NCBI GenBank assembly: GCA_964578345.1
Contig: CAZOCP010000001.1
Span: 70,923-112,621 of the forward strand
Direction: 5' to 3'
Length of the DNA: 41,699 nt
Source of the DNA: Candidatus Woesearchaeota archaeon
GTDB lineage: Archaea > Nanobdellota > Nanobdellia > Pacearchaeales > GW2011-AR1
Shown in pieces: positions 38,650 through 41,699 of the stretch (position 1 is its first letter; every line of letters starts with the position of its first letter). The notes under the pieces are model-generated. The model was given only the letters and a program-made list of their open reading frames with translations. It was not told the DNA's origin and ran no database searches. The position numbers and the translations under genes are program-made.

Positions 38650-39040
38650 TCCTTCTTAATTCAAAAAATAAATCAATATAGGCTCTTAATTCCTCTTCAG
38701 AAATTTCTTTACCATAGACAAAATTGTTTCTGCTGCTCTCAATTTTATAAGCAATCTCCAATATATCATCAAAATTCTTAAGTTCTTCAATTGAACAAGT
38801 TATATATTTGGAAATCACTTTCTTTACATTTTCCTTACTTCTTTTCAGCCATCTATGGTCTATTTTACTTCCCAGCTTAAACACGTTCGATTTTTTCAAA
38901 TAAATTTCAATAAGTGCAATAGCTCCAAAAGAGATAAAAAAGCCTATTCTTTTCTGATGTGCTACTAAACCTCTAGGATCGTTCAGTGCATTATTTATTT
39001 CATCCAAAACTTCTTCTAAATCTTTATTCGAGACATTCAT
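38633..39040 (-). CDS. HEPN-like helical protein, putative toxin
   Basis: Predominantly helical 135 aa with RNNFVYG (R-X4-Y variant of the HEPN motif), coupled to MNT. Confidence 0.6.
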   Translation of the reverse strand: MNVSNKDLEEVLDEINNALNDPRGLVAHQKRIGFFISFGAIALIEIYLKKSNVFKLGSKIDHRWLKRSKENVKKVISKYITCSIEELKNFDDILEIAYKIESSRNNFVYGKEISEEELRAYIDLFFELRRSVENA

Positions 39041-39051
39041 CTTAAATAAAT

Positions 39052-39123
39052 TAAGACATATGACTTTATAAAAGTTTCTATAATTAAGACAACCATCTTA
39101 ATATAACTAAGACACATGACTTA
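39052..39123. promoter_or_regulatory. Three imperfect palindromes (TAAGAC-N4-RWCTTW) over the HEPN-MNT promoter
   Basis: TAAGACatatGACTTT 39052-39067, TAAGACaaccATCTTA 39085-39100 and TAAGACacatGACTTA 39108-39123 around TTTTATAA. Confidence 0.65.
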
Positions 39124-39729
39124 ATGATTTTCGTACAACTCATTAACCTTTCTCCAATTCACAATATTCCAAAAAGCGGCGGCATATTCAGCTCTCCTAT
39201 TTTGGTACTTTAAATAAAAAGCATGCTCCCAAACATCTAAACCTAAAATAGGAGTTTTTCCGTCCATTAAAGGAGAATCCTGGTTTGCCGTGCTGTATAT
39301 TTCCAGCTTACCGTTATGCATGACAAGCCACGCCCATCCGCTGCCAAACCTTCCCATAGCAGCATTAGAAAACTGCTCCTTGAATTTGACAAAGTCTCCA
39401 AATTCTTTGACAATTATCTCAGCAATTTCCACATTAAACTCTCTATCCTTCACATTAGGAGTTAATATTTCCCAGAATAAACTATGGTTTACATGCCCTC
39501 CACCATGATTTCTTACAACATTCCTTATGTCTTCAGGAACACTATTTAAATCTCTTAATAGCTCCTCAACTTTCTTTTTCGAAAGCTCTGGATGCTTCTC
39601 CAAAGCTTTATTTAAATTATCAACATATGCCTGATGATGCTTAGTATAATGAATCTCCATTGTTTTCGCATCAATCCATGGTTCTAAAGCACTATAAGAA
39701 TATTTCAGCTTAGGTAATTTTTCAGCCAT
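39121..39729 (-). CDS. sod: Fe/Mn superoxide dismutase
   Basis: [22 protein letters not shown] and DVWEHAFY. Confidence 0.97.
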   Translation of the reverse strand: MAEKLPKLKYSYSALEPWIDAKTMEIHYTKHHQAYVDNLNKALEKHPELSKKKVEELLRDLNSVPEDIRNVVRNHGGGHVNHSLFWEILTPNVKDREFNVEIAEIIVKEFGDFVKFKEQFSNAAMGRFGSGWAWLVMHNGKLEIYSTANQDSPLMDGKTPILGLDVWEHAFYLKYQNRRAEYAAAFWNIVNWRKVNELYENH

Positions 39730-39785
39730 TAGATATTAATTAATAACCCGATTATAAATCTTTCTTTTTCACTATTAATTATCTA

Positions 39786-41231
39786 TCATCCAAGTCCAAT
39801 ATATACATGTTTTAGGTAAGTATATTCCTCTAAAGAATGTATGCTTAAATCTCTTCCATGCCCTGTTGCTTTTAATCCTCCATGAGGCATTTCAGACACA
39901 AGAGGCAGATGATCATTAATCCAGACTTCTCCAAAACGTAAGGCGCTCGAGATGCGAAATGCTCGTTCCACTCTTTCAGTCCAAATACTTGAAGCCAGCC
40001 CATAGGCCACATCATTGGCCTTATGAATAACTTCTTCTTCAGAACTAAATTTACTAAGTGCTATGATCGGTCCAAAAATCTCTTTCTGGCAGAAATTGCT
40101 TTGTTGCTCAAAATCTCTTACAATTGTAACAGGATAAAAGAATCCTTTCCTCGGGACTTCCGATTGATAGATTACTTTTTCATTTTTTCCTAAACTTTTA
40201 ATGAATCCTGCCACTTTCTCTCGTTGTTTAGCCGAGACTAAAGGACCAAGGGCGGTTCCTGGTCTGCTCGGATCCCCCAAAACTACTTCTTCTGCAATCT
40301 TTTTCACCATACTTATAAATTTCTCATAAATAACATCCTGAATATAAATGCGCGCAGCAGCAGTACAGTCTTGCCCCCCGTTAATAATAGAAGCATCAAC
40401 AGCATATTTCGCAGCCATTTCAAGATTAGCATCAGCAAACACAATAAAGGGAGCTTTTCCTCCCAGTTCCAAATGCACTTTTTTCAAAGTTTCAGCAGCC
40501 ATTTTCATAATCTCTTTCCCAGTTTCAATATTTCCCGTAATAGCAATACAATCAATTCCAGGATGAGATGCAAGCATTCTTCCTGCTTTTTCTCCAGAGC
40601 CCATAATAACATTAATTACGCCCGGAGGAAATCCTGCCTTCTCTGTCAAACTAGCTAGTTCCATAGTTGTTAAGGGGGTAAGTGAAGATGGTTTGAGAAT
40701 AATCGTATTTCCCACACTAACAGCAGCCATTTTCCAGCAAGCCATCATAAAAGGATAGTTCCAAGGGGTAATTGCGGCAATTACTCCTAAAGGCTCTCTC
40801 TTTAAGATAGAAGTGCCCATTGCCTTATGCTTCTTGTGGTAGTGCGTATCAATATAATTGCCTGCAGCAGTTGTCTGCATTGTTCTACACGCCCCGGCAA
40901 AAAATCTCAGATTATCAATACTAAATTCAATATCCAATGCTGCCAATGCTAAGGTCTTGCCTTGATTTTGAGACTCTATCTCAACAAGACGTTTTTTTTC
41001 TTTATCAATTAAGTCAGCAAGCTTCAAAAATAACAAGCTTCTTTCAGATGGAGTGGTGTTCTTCCATCGTTGAAATGTCTTTCTTGCAGAATAAACAGCA
41101 GCATCAACATCTTTCTGGTCTGAATCAGTTATCTGGGTAATTTTTTTCTCGCTAAACGGATTTATTACATCCAATTTCCTGATAGAATGTGAAATGAACT
41201 TGCCGTCGATATAATTTTGCAGTTTTTTCAT
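39786..41231 (-). CDS. Aldehyde dehydrogenase, gamma-aminobutyraldehyde dehydrogenase (PatD/YdcW)-like
   Basis: PWNYP, LELGGK, GQDCTAA, EIFGP and PLVSEMPHGG. Confidence 0.85.
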   Translation of the reverse strand: MKKLQNYIDGKFISHSIRKLDVINPFSEKKITQITDSDQKDVDAAVYSARKTFQRWKNTTPSERSLLFLKLADLIDKEKKRLVEIESQNQGKTLALAALDIEFSIDNLRFFAGACRTMQTTAAGNYIDTHYHKKHKAMGTSILKREPLGVIAAITPWNYPFMMACWKMAAVSVGNTIILKPSSLTPLTTMELASLTEKAGFPPGVINVIMGSGEKAGRMLASHPGIDCIAITGNIETGKEIMKMAAETLKKVHLELGGKAPFIVFADANLEMAAKYAVDASIINGGQDCTAAARIYIQDVIYEKFISMVKKIAEEVVLGDPSRPGTALGPLVSAKQREKVAGFIKSLGKNEKVIYQSEVPRKGFFYPVTIVRDFEQQSNFCQKEIFGPIIALSKFSSEEEVIHKANDVAYGLASSIWTERVERAFRISSALRFGEVWINDHLPLVSEMPHGGLKATGHGRDLSIHSLEEYTYLKHVYIGLG

Positions 41232-41232
41232 T

Positions 41233-41466
41233 TTATTTTTTCTTGATAAAGCTCTCCAATTTTATTTTATCAAATCCAATCACAATCTGCCCGTTTACAT
41301 CAATTACAGGAACACCCTGTTGACCGGTTTTACGGATCATTTCCTGAGCAGCTTTTAAATTAGCCCCGACATCAATATCTTTAAATTTTATTTTATGTTC
41401 TCTAAAAAATTCACGAACTTTTTGACACCATATACAAGTTTTTGTTGAGTACAGCTTTATCGCCAT
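41233..41466 (-). CDS. Glutaredoxin-like protein (YruB/NrdH type)
   Basis: CIWC, TGQQGVPVI and IGFD; start at 41466 or 41481. Confidence 0.88.
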   Translation of the reverse strand: MAIKLYSTKTCIWCQKVREFFREHKIKFKDIDVGANLKAAQEMIRKTGQQGVPVIDVNGQIVIGFDKIKLESFIKKK

Positions 41467-41620
41467 TTTAATCTCTCTCATAAACCCTTATATTATATAA
41501 ATCTTCCTCTTTCCGACGATAAAATATTCTGAAAGTTCGTTTAATTAGTAAACTATCCTACAGTATGTGACTAAAAGAAGTTTTGAGTAACGAAGTGGAG
41601 CAAAACCCGGAGTATTTTAA

Positions 41621-41699
41621 TTAAAGTTTCTTTTGCATAACAATAATATCTTCTAGCAATTTTGGATTTACAACCTCTCGTAATCTCTCAACAGCTTCA
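41621..41699 (-). CDS. 3' end of a gene entering from beyond the window
   Basis: Open frame ...EAVERLREVVNPKLLEDIIVMQKKL*. Confidence 0.5.
   Translation of the reverse strand, partial: EAVERLREVVNPKLLEDIIVMQKKL

Overview
AT-rich archaeal chromosomal window. Gene content (aCPSF1/FttA, proteasome beta, archaeal CCA enzyme, Mre11/Rad50, TrmB, oapABC, class III signal-peptide pilins, intron-containing tRNA) points to a DPANN archaeon, probably Pacearchaeota-like; this taxonomy is an inference. The window holds a thiol-redox cluster with a circularly permuted CcdA, tRNA-Thr(CGU) with an intron, argS bracketed by two copies of a structured repeat, and a short SRP RNA with an atypical helix-8 loop. 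It also holds a housekeeping block, a large type IV pilus-like locus (ATPase, two platform proteins, pilins, two PKD surface proteins) running into oapABC, and a redox/amine-metabolism block. An ArmA/Rmt-like 16S rRNA methyltransferase interrupts the pilus locus. A 1.13-kb HEPN-like/nucleotidyltransferase cassette sits in the 3' end of sod, with the displaced sod C-terminus still visible downstream. A 45-bp non-coding element recurs upstream of both oapC and the pilus ATPase. No CRISPR array, integrase or transposase was seen.
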